64,000 nt of DNA from Chiloscyllium plagiosum (taxonomy: Eukaryota): positions 67,855,873 to 67,919,872 of the forward strand of contig NC_057719.1 in assembly GCF_004010195.1 (NCBI RefSeq). The letters are read 5' to 3'. The notes below the pieces were generated by a model. The model was given only the letters and a program-made list of their open reading frames with translations. It searched no databases and was not told the DNA's origin. The translations under genes and the position numbers were made by a program. Below are positions 11,236-22,329 of the stretch, piece by piece (position 1 is the stretch's first letter; each line of letters begins with the position of its first letter).

Positions 11236-12489
11236 TCGGCCTGTGCAAGTTACCTTGTTTAGGTGTCAGTATGGTTATTTGAAATAATGAAAAGAATAAT
11301 GACTAGCTAAATTAGTGGAAATTTAATTTTCACCTGGTCCACTGAGGTTATTAGCTAATGCAAACTGCATCATTTTTTACCAATCTAAATCAATGTACTA
11401 ATACATCAATGTTTGCTGTCATGATTTCATATCGCACAATATCCTGTTTCCATAAATATGCAAATATATCTGTTTTATAATTTCTTTTGTTCCATTACTT
11501 ATATTGATTGGTCTTTTTTTCATCCGTGGTAGTGTGGCAGTTCTTACCCACACTCTTTAAGTTGGGTGAAACTGCTCTTTAAAGATCTATAAGAGTAATT
11601 TCACCTATGCTCCCACTTCTGAATTTATGCACCTTAATTCCCAAAAGGGATCTCCAATAACCAAGGCACTACATGCTGCCTGCAATTCTACAATTGAAAA
11701 CAAAACTGTGATTTTGGACACACATAAACATGAAATACTGAAGCTATATAGTACCTTTATGCCTTTCAATCAATATTTTAGTGCTAAAGCTCTGTCACCA
11801 ACATTTTAGATCCTTTTTTCCAAACTATGTTTCTTTCTCCATGCATACATGCAGCAAATACCAAACAACTAGAACGTAATGCGCTGAGAAGATTTCTAGT
11901 CTTGCTTGCTTTCAATTCACAATGTATTAATTCATTTATCTTTATTGCACAATAACCAAAAAACGTAGGTCTGCAGATCAGTGTATAAGGACATGGTTTC
12001 TCATGCTATGCTATAATTTTGCTAACAAAGTTTATGGCAATATTGTTTTAGAACCTTTGATGCCGTCTATTTTTAAGTAAGTAATTTTGATTCCTGCAGG
12101 CAATTCATAATATGAATACAAATATTTTATACTGTATTATTAAAAATTACTATTTTTAAATATGAGCTGGTACTGGAAGAAATCTAATTTGTTGGAAAGA
12201 AAACTCCGACCAGTTCACCATTAGTTATTCTCAAATTCACACATCTCTCAAAATAAACACCAAATGAAAACTAGAAGGACATTGTGCTGCTTGAATTAAT
12301 TGAAGCCTTTTTGATTGCAAAATGCACAAGCCACGATAAAAAAGGACACTTTTACCAACATGGTGTTTTAACAGATGGTGCTCACTGGTGAGCTAAAGCA
12401 AATCATGCAATTTGTGCACAAACCAACATTGTGGATTCCTCTATTCCATTCAGCCAGCTTCTTCATCTCCATTATATCTTTTTGCATGA

Positions 12490-13620
12490 TGCAACCCTCT
12501 GTGCGCTTCTGATTTGTCTTTCCTTTTCTTCAAATCAAGGACTCCTGTCCCATATGTTTGACTGATCTTTGTGTTCAATCTATTTTTCATGCTCCTGCTG
12601 TTACTCCCTCTCTTTCCTACCACCATAATACGATTACCTATGTCTTCACCTTCCACCTCACCAGTCTCTGTACTCAACTGATCATCTTCTGCCTTTTCTG
12701 CTAGCTCCAACATGACACCGAACACAGCTATCTGCCAACCCCACCACTACCTTTCATTATTTTGAAAGGACTGTTCCTTTCACAGACATCCCTGTCCATT
12801 CCAAAACCACTTCTAACACCCTGTCCCCTTCCCATACTAGAACAGGAGATACAAACCATCCATTTGTCTCCTCTCTCCTTATAGTCTAAGGCCCCAAATA
12901 CTCCTCTCAGGTGAAGCAGTGGTTTATGTTTACTTTTTCAATAGTCTACTATATTTACTGCTCAAAATATGGCTTCCTGTACAAAAGTCAAATATTTTAT
13001 ACTGTATTAGTAAAAGTTATTACATGGGAAATCAAACAGAGGTTGGGTAACTACGTTGAATTACACCTCCCTTTAGTCTACAGACATAAACTTGAACTTC
13101 TGGTGGTCTGCCCTTATAAATTTTCAGCTTCCTTTCATATTGTCATTTCTGTCCTTGGCATACCATTATATTCTAATAATGCTCAACACAAGTTCAAGAA
13201 ACACTATCTCATCTTTTCAGCTTAAACTTTACAACCTTTTGGACTCACCACTAAATTAATCAATTTCAGAATGTAATCTCTGCACTGATTTTGTTTCTTC
13301 TTCTTTGCATATTTTGGTCTTAGTTTTGGTTTTCTCTCATTTTGTGTTTTTTTTTTGGACACCAGCCTTTTCTTTATTCAGGTATTCACACCACCTCTGG
13401 GCCACATCTTTTCTGTCTTTATTGATCCAATTACTAGACCTTTTGACTCTCCCCCAACCTTTAGTTCATTTTTCACTCTCCCTAATTTGATCGACTTAAA
13501 ACAAATACTTTTCTAGGTTTTTCACAGCTCTGATGAAACACTATCAACATATAATACGCTAATGCTCTCCAAAGATGCTGCCTGAGCTGATATCCAGTAT
13601 TTTCTGCTTTTACTGCAGTA
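12490..13620 (+). mobile_element. Decayed Penelope-like retroelement (GIY-YIG endonuclease region and tail)
   Basis: 12890-13080 reads GPKYSSQVKQWF...VYYIYCSKYGFLY...EIKQRLG, matching the PLE VYCIxCxxCGLLYIGETKRRLxxRFxEH pattern. Tail ctgatgaa...gatgctgcctgagctg at 13530-13600. Confidence 0.7.
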
Positions 13621-14039
13621 GATTGCCACACTGTTTTATCACTTCTAGATATATGTGTCAAATCCAGATTAAATTCGCAAAGTGAAAGTTCCTCACCTGT
13701 ATAAATTGTAAGGATCTACATAAAAAAGAATTTGAACAGTCTCAACCCACATTGTAGAGCAATAAACAACTGACCATATATGAGTACCAAAACTGACATA
13801 TGGATACTTGAATTATTGTAAGGAAGCAGAAGGTGGCATCAGATTAGGAATTAAGCTATTTATTATACTAGTGTGGTACAGTAAGTACTATTTGCCACCA
13901 CAAAAAAAACAACCATGTGGAAACAAGTAATTCAACTCAACCAGTCTATATTGATATTTATACTGCACACAAGTAGTAGTCGTGATCCTATGTGCCCAAC
14001 CTTTATGCATATTTCTTTATTTTCCTGTCTCTGAACCAT

Positions 14040-14330
14040 TCGGTGACAATGATCTCACACCTGAATCAAAAGTTATGTGTTGAAGCCTGACTAAAGAAAG
14101 TTGGTTACTTAATTTAAAGTTTCACTTCAGTGCAATTCTGTGCAGGCACTACAATATCTGAGGAGCTACCTTTCCTGTGAGGTGTTAAACTAGTTTACAG
14201 CCCTCTCTCATGGTGAAAAATAACCACAACTCTAATTGAATATGGGGATGAGATTTCTTCCTTGTCTTGGCCAGTATTTGTTCCAACTATTTCCATCATA
14301 AAACAGACTAAAAGAGATTAAAACAGACTA
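14040..14330 (+). mobile_element. Old Deu-domain SINE (SacSINE1/AmnSINE1-like)
   Basis: ctacctttcctgtgaggtgttaaac...ccctctc...tgtcttggccagtatttg...aaaacaga resembles the Deu domain as I recall it. Confidence 0.5.
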
Positions 14331-14334
14331 TTAC

Positions 14335-14428
14335 ATTAAAACAAAAAGTGCTGGAGAAACCCAGCTGGTATGACAGAATCTGTGGAAAGTCAACGTTTCA
14401 AGTCCAGAGTGACTCTGTTCATGAGCTC
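14335..14428 (-). mobile_element. Penelope-like terminal fragment
   Basis: aaaagtgctggagaaacccagc...gtcaacgtttcaagtccagagtgactc is the reverse complement of the 29118-type end. Confidence 0.55.
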
Positions 14429-14639
14429 TTTACTGTATTCCATGACCTCACAATTGTCTGTGTAAAAATATTTCAATCTCTTCCATTTAAGTTTATTTTC
14501 CTTACACCTGGAGTTCTCTGTCACTGAATCTAAATCCTTTCCTGTTAGCACATCACATTCATCCATAATTTTAATTGGTTCATCAAATTATTCTATTTTT
14601 TTTCTCTTGCCTCAATATTGTTCTAAACTAAGCAAGCAC

Positions 14640-15045
14640 AGGGGTCTTGAGATTGAATCCCACCATGGCAGATGGTAGAATTTGGATTCAATTAAAAATT
14701 TGGAATTTAGAAACTGCTGTTGATTGTCAGGAAAAACTCATCTGGTTCATTAATGTCCTTGAGGGAAGGAAATTGTCAACCTTACCTGGTCAGGCGCTGT
14801 GAGGCAGCAGTGCTAACCACTGTGCCACCGTGCCGCCCAATCAACTGCTGTTGATTGTCAGGAAAAACTCATCTGGTTCATTAATGTCCTTGAGGGAAGG
14901 AAATTGTCAACCTTACCTGGTCTGGCTTACATGTGATTCCAGATCCACAACAATGTGGATCTTGATGACCCTCTGGACAATTAGGGATGGGCAATAAATG
15001 CTGGCCTAGCTACTAACACCTACAACCTGTGAAAGAATAAAGAAA
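14640..15045 (+). mobile_element. tRNA-derived SINE (MetaSINE-like) with an internal 80-bp duplication around an inverted HE1 head
   Basis: Core ctggttcattaatgtccttgagggaaggaaa...cttacctggtctggc and tail tagggatgggcaataaatgctggcc. Duplicates at 14712-14791 and 14843-14922. Confidence 0.8.
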
Positions 15046-16829
15046 AATCAAATATTGCCATGGTAAACAGTCTGACAAATTTATGATTACATCCCATCAA
15101 TTTTATTCTAGTGTAAAAGGGGATAGTGCCCCATATTCCAATACAGATGCCCTTCACTTTGATGACAGCAAAAAATGTCACTAAATGCATATTAAGAAAT
15201 CATGCAGCTTTAACACCTTAATGTCTGAGAATCATGGACATAACCTTTGTTAAGTGTGAATGATGTATAAGTGAACTATGAAAGCATATAGAAAGTAGCT
15301 TTCGATTCCAAGTTGTATGAAGCCATTTTTTTCAAGAAAGAACTGCAGTTATGACTAGATTATTTTAGGTCGCAAGAAAATATCCATCTCTGGGCATTAA
15401 TATTTGGGAAAGTGCACTCAAAAATAAAGTGCTCCATTGTATCTGAGATATTGATGAGTTTAAAGGTACTGTATAAAACTTTGGAAAGAAAGGATAAAAT
15501 TGAAAAGAATGCCACATTACTAAAGTTGGCTGCTGCTTAAATGCGTCAAATATAGGAATAGTCATCCTTCGATGGTGATTTGTTTAATATCACTTATTTA
15601 ATCACATAATTCACCATGGATTAATACAAATCACCATTTTGGCAAGACTATAAGTTGTTATTACTAATATCACCACACAAAGTGTATTGCAACAAATGCT
15701 TTGATATTCAACATCCACCTGTGCGCACATCTTTGACAAATGTGTGGTCACATCTCTGGAACAGAAGGATGAATTGTGAAATTCAGAAGCAAAGGATGGA
15801 ATGAAATATTGCAAAATTAGAAATCCCACAGTCAACAGCTGCAAGATAGCACATGGCTAGCAAAGGACACAACAACAACCAGCATTTATAATAGTTTTTT
15901 TGCAGAGCTTACAGCCCCGAAAACTCACAAAGATATACCTATCACAAACTGAGAAGGCATGATGGAAGAGTTTGAAAGTGGGATAAAGTATGGCAAGACC
16001 TAGGAATTTGTAAAAGGGATCAAGAATGTATGGTGTTGCAGCTGAAGTTCTAGTTAGCAATGGCAGACAGAAGGAAAGGGAAGTTGTTTCAAGTAACAGA
16101 GTGGAGGTGTAAGATATTCAAGTGAAGCATAAAATAAAATTGAAACTTGTTTAAAATATGGAGGTAAGATTAATTGAGGTCACTAACCCACTTAAAAACA
16201 GTATAACAACACAGTGAGGTCTTAAAATATTGAATCCTTATAATATTTCCAATTAACACGGTAAATCTGTTTTAAAAATTGGCTTTAGCCAAAAGTATCT
16301 CCACGCAAAGTAGTCTCTTGTAAGCAGATCAATAGGAAGATACTGAGAGTTGCATAATTAATTCAGTAGCTGTTTTGGAGGCAAATTGCCAATATGTACA
16401 GACAGCAAGGTCCCATAAACAGCAAATTCGATTATTGAACTTTATAACAAGTGTTTACAACCGGGTGGCTTGCCAGACTACTTCAGGAGGCAATGAGAAT
16501 CAACAACATATTATTGGACAGGAATCTATGGTGTCAAGGGCTAGTGTATACAATGTAAACAAAATAGTTTATATCATAATTAGGAAGTGATGTGAAATCA
16601 CAATACGACAGGTTCTATAACCTGAAGGACATTACTGAACCACTTATGTTCCTCTAATAACCCGGGAGCTTTCATGATGATTTTTATGGTGGTAACCCAC
16701 TGAGTAAACAGCAGCAAAAATAGTACCTCACTCCAATTTGCAATTTTATCAAATCATGGCTTATCTGTATCCAAATCAACTTATCTGCTTTATTCTCATC
16801 TCTCTTACTGGTTACCTCAAAATTAATCG

Positions 16830-17030
16830 ATCTCTGTCTTGAAATTTCGATTGTCCAGCATTCAAAATTGTTTGAGGAGAGTCTGTTTGGCATGGAAATT
16901 GCTTCCTGATTTTCATCCAATATTGGCATAGCTCTACTTTTAAGAATATGCCAATTGTGCTGAGTTCTCTTATTGTATTATATAATTTATCTGTCTCTAC
17001 CCTCTCAAGTCTCTTTATCATTTTCAACTT
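16830..17030 (-). mobile_element. Old CR1 LINE 3' fragment
   Basis: Minus-strand KMIKRLERVETDKLY resembles the CR1 ORF2 C-terminus (compare KMIRGLDRVDSESLF at ~25350). Confidence 0.45.
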
Positions 17031-17940
17031 CTCGAATCAACAGTCAACCATCAAGCCAACAGAAGCAGTCTTGACAATTGCTTTGTTAAAGCATTTAATT
17101 TTGCATCCATCAGAACAATTTGCAAGAATACTAATTCAATAGGAAATCTAACATTTATATTGCATCTGAGGTCTGACTGTCATCTATTATGTAGAGTTGA
17201 AACAGACACAGTGCTTGTATAGTTCTCGATATACACACGAGTGAGCCACATTCTGAACCCAACAGACAATCTTGTATCAGGCGCCAGCATAGTCTTTACA
17301 GTCAGGTTTATCCAGAAATGTTTGTCTCATTGCAGAATCATATCTAATGGTGGACACTGTGTTACATGTTTTGCAAGCATGAGTTAGCTTATATGGTCAG
17401 TACCCCAGCTTGTTTCAAATAGTAATGCGTCATTTGATGATTTGCTAGTTTTATTTCATAGGGTAATGCCTTAACCAATCAGTTGCAGCATTCCTGGTTT
17501 AAAATTTAAACAAACTTTGTGGGAAACTGTCAATCAGCATTTCTGGTACATTCTCCATGGCATCACCTCTCCTACTCAGTGTCCATTTGCCAACCAATCA
17601 TTATTTTCCTCTCATGCAGTATTTTCCCTTGAGTTGGTATTCTTGTATTTTATCCTGATGAGTGCAAGACAAGAAGGTTCAACAAAATATGTCTTTTTTC
17701 AACAATAATCAAATTCTCTATCGGCAATGACAATATCCCTTCGTGAAATCAATATTGGGACCATGGGCCAGATCTTTCAAGAAGTGGCAATCACACAAAT
17801 ATTTCACTCCAGCCTTCCTTTTTTTCACAAATATAGCTTCACGTTTCTAAGAGGAGATTCTGATCTGGGCTTTTTCAGAAATGCAGAGGTGTAATTCCAT
17901 TCTCCTAATGGAAGAATGTAGACAGAAGGTAAGCCAGACA

Positions 17941-18019
17941 CCCTGATGAAGGGCTTTTGCCCGAAACGTCAATTTTGCTGAAGCTCCTCGATGCTGCCTG
18001 AATTGCTGTGCTCTTCCAG
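17941..18019 (+). mobile_element. Penelope-like terminal fragment with intact hammerhead-like core
   Basis: CTGATGA-A-GGGC-tttt-GCCC-GAAA-CGTC at 17943-17970; near-identical to 58093-58165. Confidence 0.75.
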
Positions 18020-18899
18020 AGCCTGTTCACAGCAGTCAGCTCTGTATTCTGAAATGTAAAGGCTCTGACAGCTGCTGTCAAATGATAAGATGGGTAGAGT
18101 TCCAGCTGGGTAAGTGTAAGTTGCCAGGTGGTACAATTGCATATAGGTCGGGTGTAGGGTGCCAAGTAAATAAGATGTCAAGTGGGAAGGGGTAAGATAC
18201 TAAGTGGGTAAGGTGCAAGGGTGTAAGATGTCAAAGGGGCCAGGTAAGTAATGCACTTTTTAGAATGGATTTGGTGATTGGAGGAAATTGAGTCTGGTGG
18301 GTAGGTGACTACAGACCTTTAATCCAGATTAGGTCAGATCCTCTGAAGGTGGGGAGCTGGGTGTGGCAGCAAGAGTGTGAGGGGATTGGGTCAGAAAAAG
18401 AAATAGTGTTCGATCCAGTTCATTTCAGCCAGTATGGTGGGCTAGGATCCAGTCCAGTTTGGCAATGGAGAGGTAGGTGTTCAGGTCAAGTCCAGCAGTG
18501 AGAAGAGGCATTCCCTCCAAATTCTCTGATGTAATTTGAGACTTTAGGAGCATTCCAGACATAGAGGAATTGCTCAGTGGATCATTCAATGTCTGAGGAA
18601 ATTCATTTGGAGTCTTCTACAATGGGAATTTTGCAGGGTCCCCATGACCAACTCCCATTTTTGCTGGGCTAATGCCTGTCAGCCAGTGAAATTCTGGGCT
18701 GATATTTTTGTCTGAGTGTAGAGGTACATTTAGTACACAAATGGTCACATTTTTATTTTGGTTGGAGAAAGTCTGATGTTGCTACTCCCTGTGTTTCAAG
18801 TCTCTTGTGATAAAAGGGAACAAATCATTCACCTTTCTAATTAATTATTGTACTTGCACATTAGCCTCCAGTAACTGATTGATAAGGACAAGGTGTATT

Positions 18900-21260
18900 T
18901 GTACGTCTACACTTTCTATTTTCTTACCATGTCAGAAATACTCTTCACATTTGTTCTTTCTTTCAAAATGGAAAACCTCACATGTTCCAGTTTTATATTC
19001 CATCTGCCATGTTCTTTCCTATTTATTAAGTCTGTCCAAATCCTCTTGAAGTGACTATCCACCTTCATCACAGCACACACTCCCACCCAGCTTTGTGTCA
19101 TCTATGATTTGAAAATATTATATTTGGTTTCCACATACAAATCATATATATTTATTGGTAATAGTTGGGACTCAAGTGCTAATCCTTGTGTTAGCCCCAA
19201 TTTAAGACTGACCTCTTTATTCTTGGTCTCTGGTTTTTCTGCCTGTCAGCCAATCCATGCCAATATATAAAGTCCTAGCCCGTGTGCTTTAAAGTTGTTA
19301 GACAACCTCCAGGAGAAGCTTTATCAAAAGCCTTCCAAAGATCCATGTATACTTTGTCCATCAACTCCCTGTATCAATTCCATTAGTAATATCTTCAAAA
19401 AACTTCAACAGGTTCATCAAACACAATTTCCTAATCACAAGACCATGTGACAATGCCCAACTCAATAATTATTACCTAAATTTCCATTTATTACATCCTT
19501 TGTAATAGATTCTAGCGCTTTCTAGACGACTAGCGTCGTATTAACAGGTCTGCAGTTGTCCATTTTCGCTCTCCCTTCCTTCTTAAATATTGAGTTATCA
19601 TTTACTACCTTCTAATCTAGAACCATTCCTAAATTTACAGAAATTTTGGAACATGAATACCAATGCAACCACTATCTCCAGAGCTTCCTCATTCATTATT
19701 CTCGGATTTAGAATATTGAGTTGAGAGAACTTACCTACATTCAAACAGATTAATTTTTCCAACATAACTTTCTTACTAATAATAACTTATTGCATCTTCC
19801 TCAGTGAAAACAGACTCAAAATAATAATTTCTCTTCTGTTCAGTTTCTCAATTTCTCCACCAGAAAACCTCCTTACACTGTCTATATACACTTATCTTGG
19901 CCAAGTGTTTCCTTTTTATGTACCCATAGAAGCTTTTACAGTTCTTTTTTATATTTTCTTTTGCCTGATTACATGAATAGTCTATTCACCATTTATTTGT
20001 CAGTTCCTTGGTCTGCTTTAGCTAGGTTCTAAATTTCTCCCAGGTTTACTATTGTTTCAGGGAATATTTCTGGGCCTTTTGTTTTATACTTATACAATCC
20101 TTAACTTCCTTTGCTAGCCATCATTGACTGAATTTTGAGGATCTTGTGCTTTGAAGAAATATCTAGTTGATGTAGGCTATCTATTAATTCTTTAAAGACC
20201 TTCAATTTCATATTCATCACATTTTAATGAACTTTCCCAATCTATTTCAATTAATTTGTCTCTCAAACCTTAATAATTTCCTTTATACAAATTTAACACT
20301 ATGGCCACTTGATCATATTATTGTCAGTAAATCAAAAAAAACTATTTTACTATATGATTATTAAGTAGCCTGTCTGATAGTATATTAGATCTAAAAGAGT
20401 CTGTTCTGTCGTAGATCTCTTCACATATTGCTTAGCCATTCCTAACATACTCCAAAAACACAGATTTCCCATCTTTAGTGTTCATAAGCTTACTCAGTCT
20501 ATTTGCAGATTCAAGTCACCAATGACTATTACCCATGCTACGTGCTTCTCTAATCTCCTAATTGATATAACGCCACCTCCTACCACTACTGTTGAGTGAC
20601 CTATAAACAACTTCTACCAATGTTTGCTGTTTCTTACCTCCTACTAACAGATTCCACATTTTGTTCATGTCATTTAAGGCATTCCCTCTCTTACTAATGT
20701 ACTGATGTCATCCCTTATTGTCAGTGCAGCATCACCTCATTTTCCTTTTTGCCTGAGCTCGCTCAATATCTCTGTTTTCTTTTGTCTAACTTATTCTCTA
20801 TATGTTATCCATACTATGAGCTCTTACTTTGTACAGTAAACTTTGATGTGGAAGTTTGTTGGATGTCTTTTAGAAATCCAACTAAACTACAACTATGGGT
20901 TATCCTTTATGCACACGGCTGATTACTTCTGCAAAGAATCTTATTAGATAAGTCAAACACAAATTCCCTTTTGCAAAATTATGTTAACGCTGTCTGGGTG
21001 CATTGAAATTTTCTAAATATCCAGCTGTAACCTCCTTACCAATGGGTTGCAGAATTTTCTCTAAGACAGATGTTAAGCCAACTAGACTGTGGATTCCTGA
21101 TTTCTATCCTTCTCTTTTCTTGAATAGAGAAGTTCTATTCCCTCTTTTCCAATGTGATGGGATGCTTACATAATCTAAGGAATTTTGGAAAATTAAGACA
21201 ATGCATGCACTATCTTTGCAGCCTCTTTTAGGAATTGAGGGTAAGGTCCAGCAGTATCTG
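18900..21260 (-). mobile_element. Decayed CR1 LINE ORF2 fragments
   Basis: Reverse complement shows RT motifs: tggcagatggaatataa (WQMEY) ~19000, atggatctttggaaggcttttgataaa (MDL.KAFDK) ~19320-19345, and a second RT piece at 20840-21200. Confidence 0.75.
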
Positions 21261-21732
21261 GTGATTTGTCAGCCTTTAATTGTAATAATTTTAACAGGTA
21301 TTCTTTCTGTGGTGATTATAATTGTTTTTAAGTTCCTCCCTCCCTTTCATCTCTTGATTGACACTTTTTTCTGGGAAGTTGTTTGTGTCTTACAGATGCA
21401 TAATATCGACTCAACGCTCATTTCCTTTTTTTCCATTATTAATCCCCAGACTCTCGCTATAAGATCAATTGTTGGAGGTTTAGTGATTTTGATTAATGAT
21501 TTTAAGAGACTTTCTAAAGCATTTAGATGGCTCCTGACAATGATACATTGTGCATACTGGTAGAATGACCAAGAACTATACACAGGGGTACAGAGTTGTA
21601 ATAGAGTGGTATGCAGGTATGTGAGGTGGCATGGGGAATGTGAAGGGGGAATGGTGAAAAGTGAGGAGCCATGGACTGGCATGGAATGTAATGGGATGAG
21701 AGTGGGATGAGAAAATATGAGGAACCAAAGAC

Positions 21733-22030
21733 ATGGAGAAGATGTTTCCCCTAAGTGGAGAGGTCTAGGTCTGAGGGTATAGCCTTAGAGTGAAGGGACA
21801 ACCCCCTCAGAACTGAGACAAGGATGAATTTCTTCAGCCAGGCAATGGTGAATCTGTGGAACTCAGTGCCATCGAAGTCTGTGGATGCCAAGTCATTGAG
21901 TATTCTTAAGACAGAGATGTAAAGGATCAAGTATTATTGGGACAAGTCATGACAATGTGGTTGAATCATGATCAAATGGTGGAGCAGACTTGATGGGCCA
22001 AATATATCTCATTGTCTTATGGCCTGATGG
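21733..22030 (+). mobile_element. CR1 LINE 3' end fragment
   Basis: gagaagatgtttccc...ttcttcagccaggcaatggtgaatctgtggaac...ggagcagacttgatgggccaaat. Confidence 0.7.
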
Positions 22031-22329
22031 AATGTGAGGGGAATCGAAAACATGGCTGTCAATTTCACACTAACATCTTAAACATCAATATCAGCTAACT
22101 GCAACAGGTATAACAGCAACATTGCCGCAACTGTCGTCCTCTCAAACATAAAGTTACAAAGTAAATGACCAGTTAATCTGTAGGAGCAAATTACTGCAGA
22201 TGCTGGAATCTGTAATGCAAACAAAACATACTGGAGATCACAACTGGTCCATGGAAAGAGAGCAAGCTTAGAAATGTTAGTTTGCTTTCTCTCCATGAAT
22301 GCTGCATGATCCACTATAATCTTCAGCAT

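Noticed and set aside
17655..17685. CTGATGA-GT..AC hammerhead-like start in a possible second PLE relic (~17160-17720); also CTGATGA at 48252
   Set aside because: GAAA half of the core is missing or degenerate, and the element identity is too uncertain.
18100..18520. G-rich, loosely repetitive stretch (taagatgtcaag-like units)
   Set aside because: Too degenerate to define a unit or a family.
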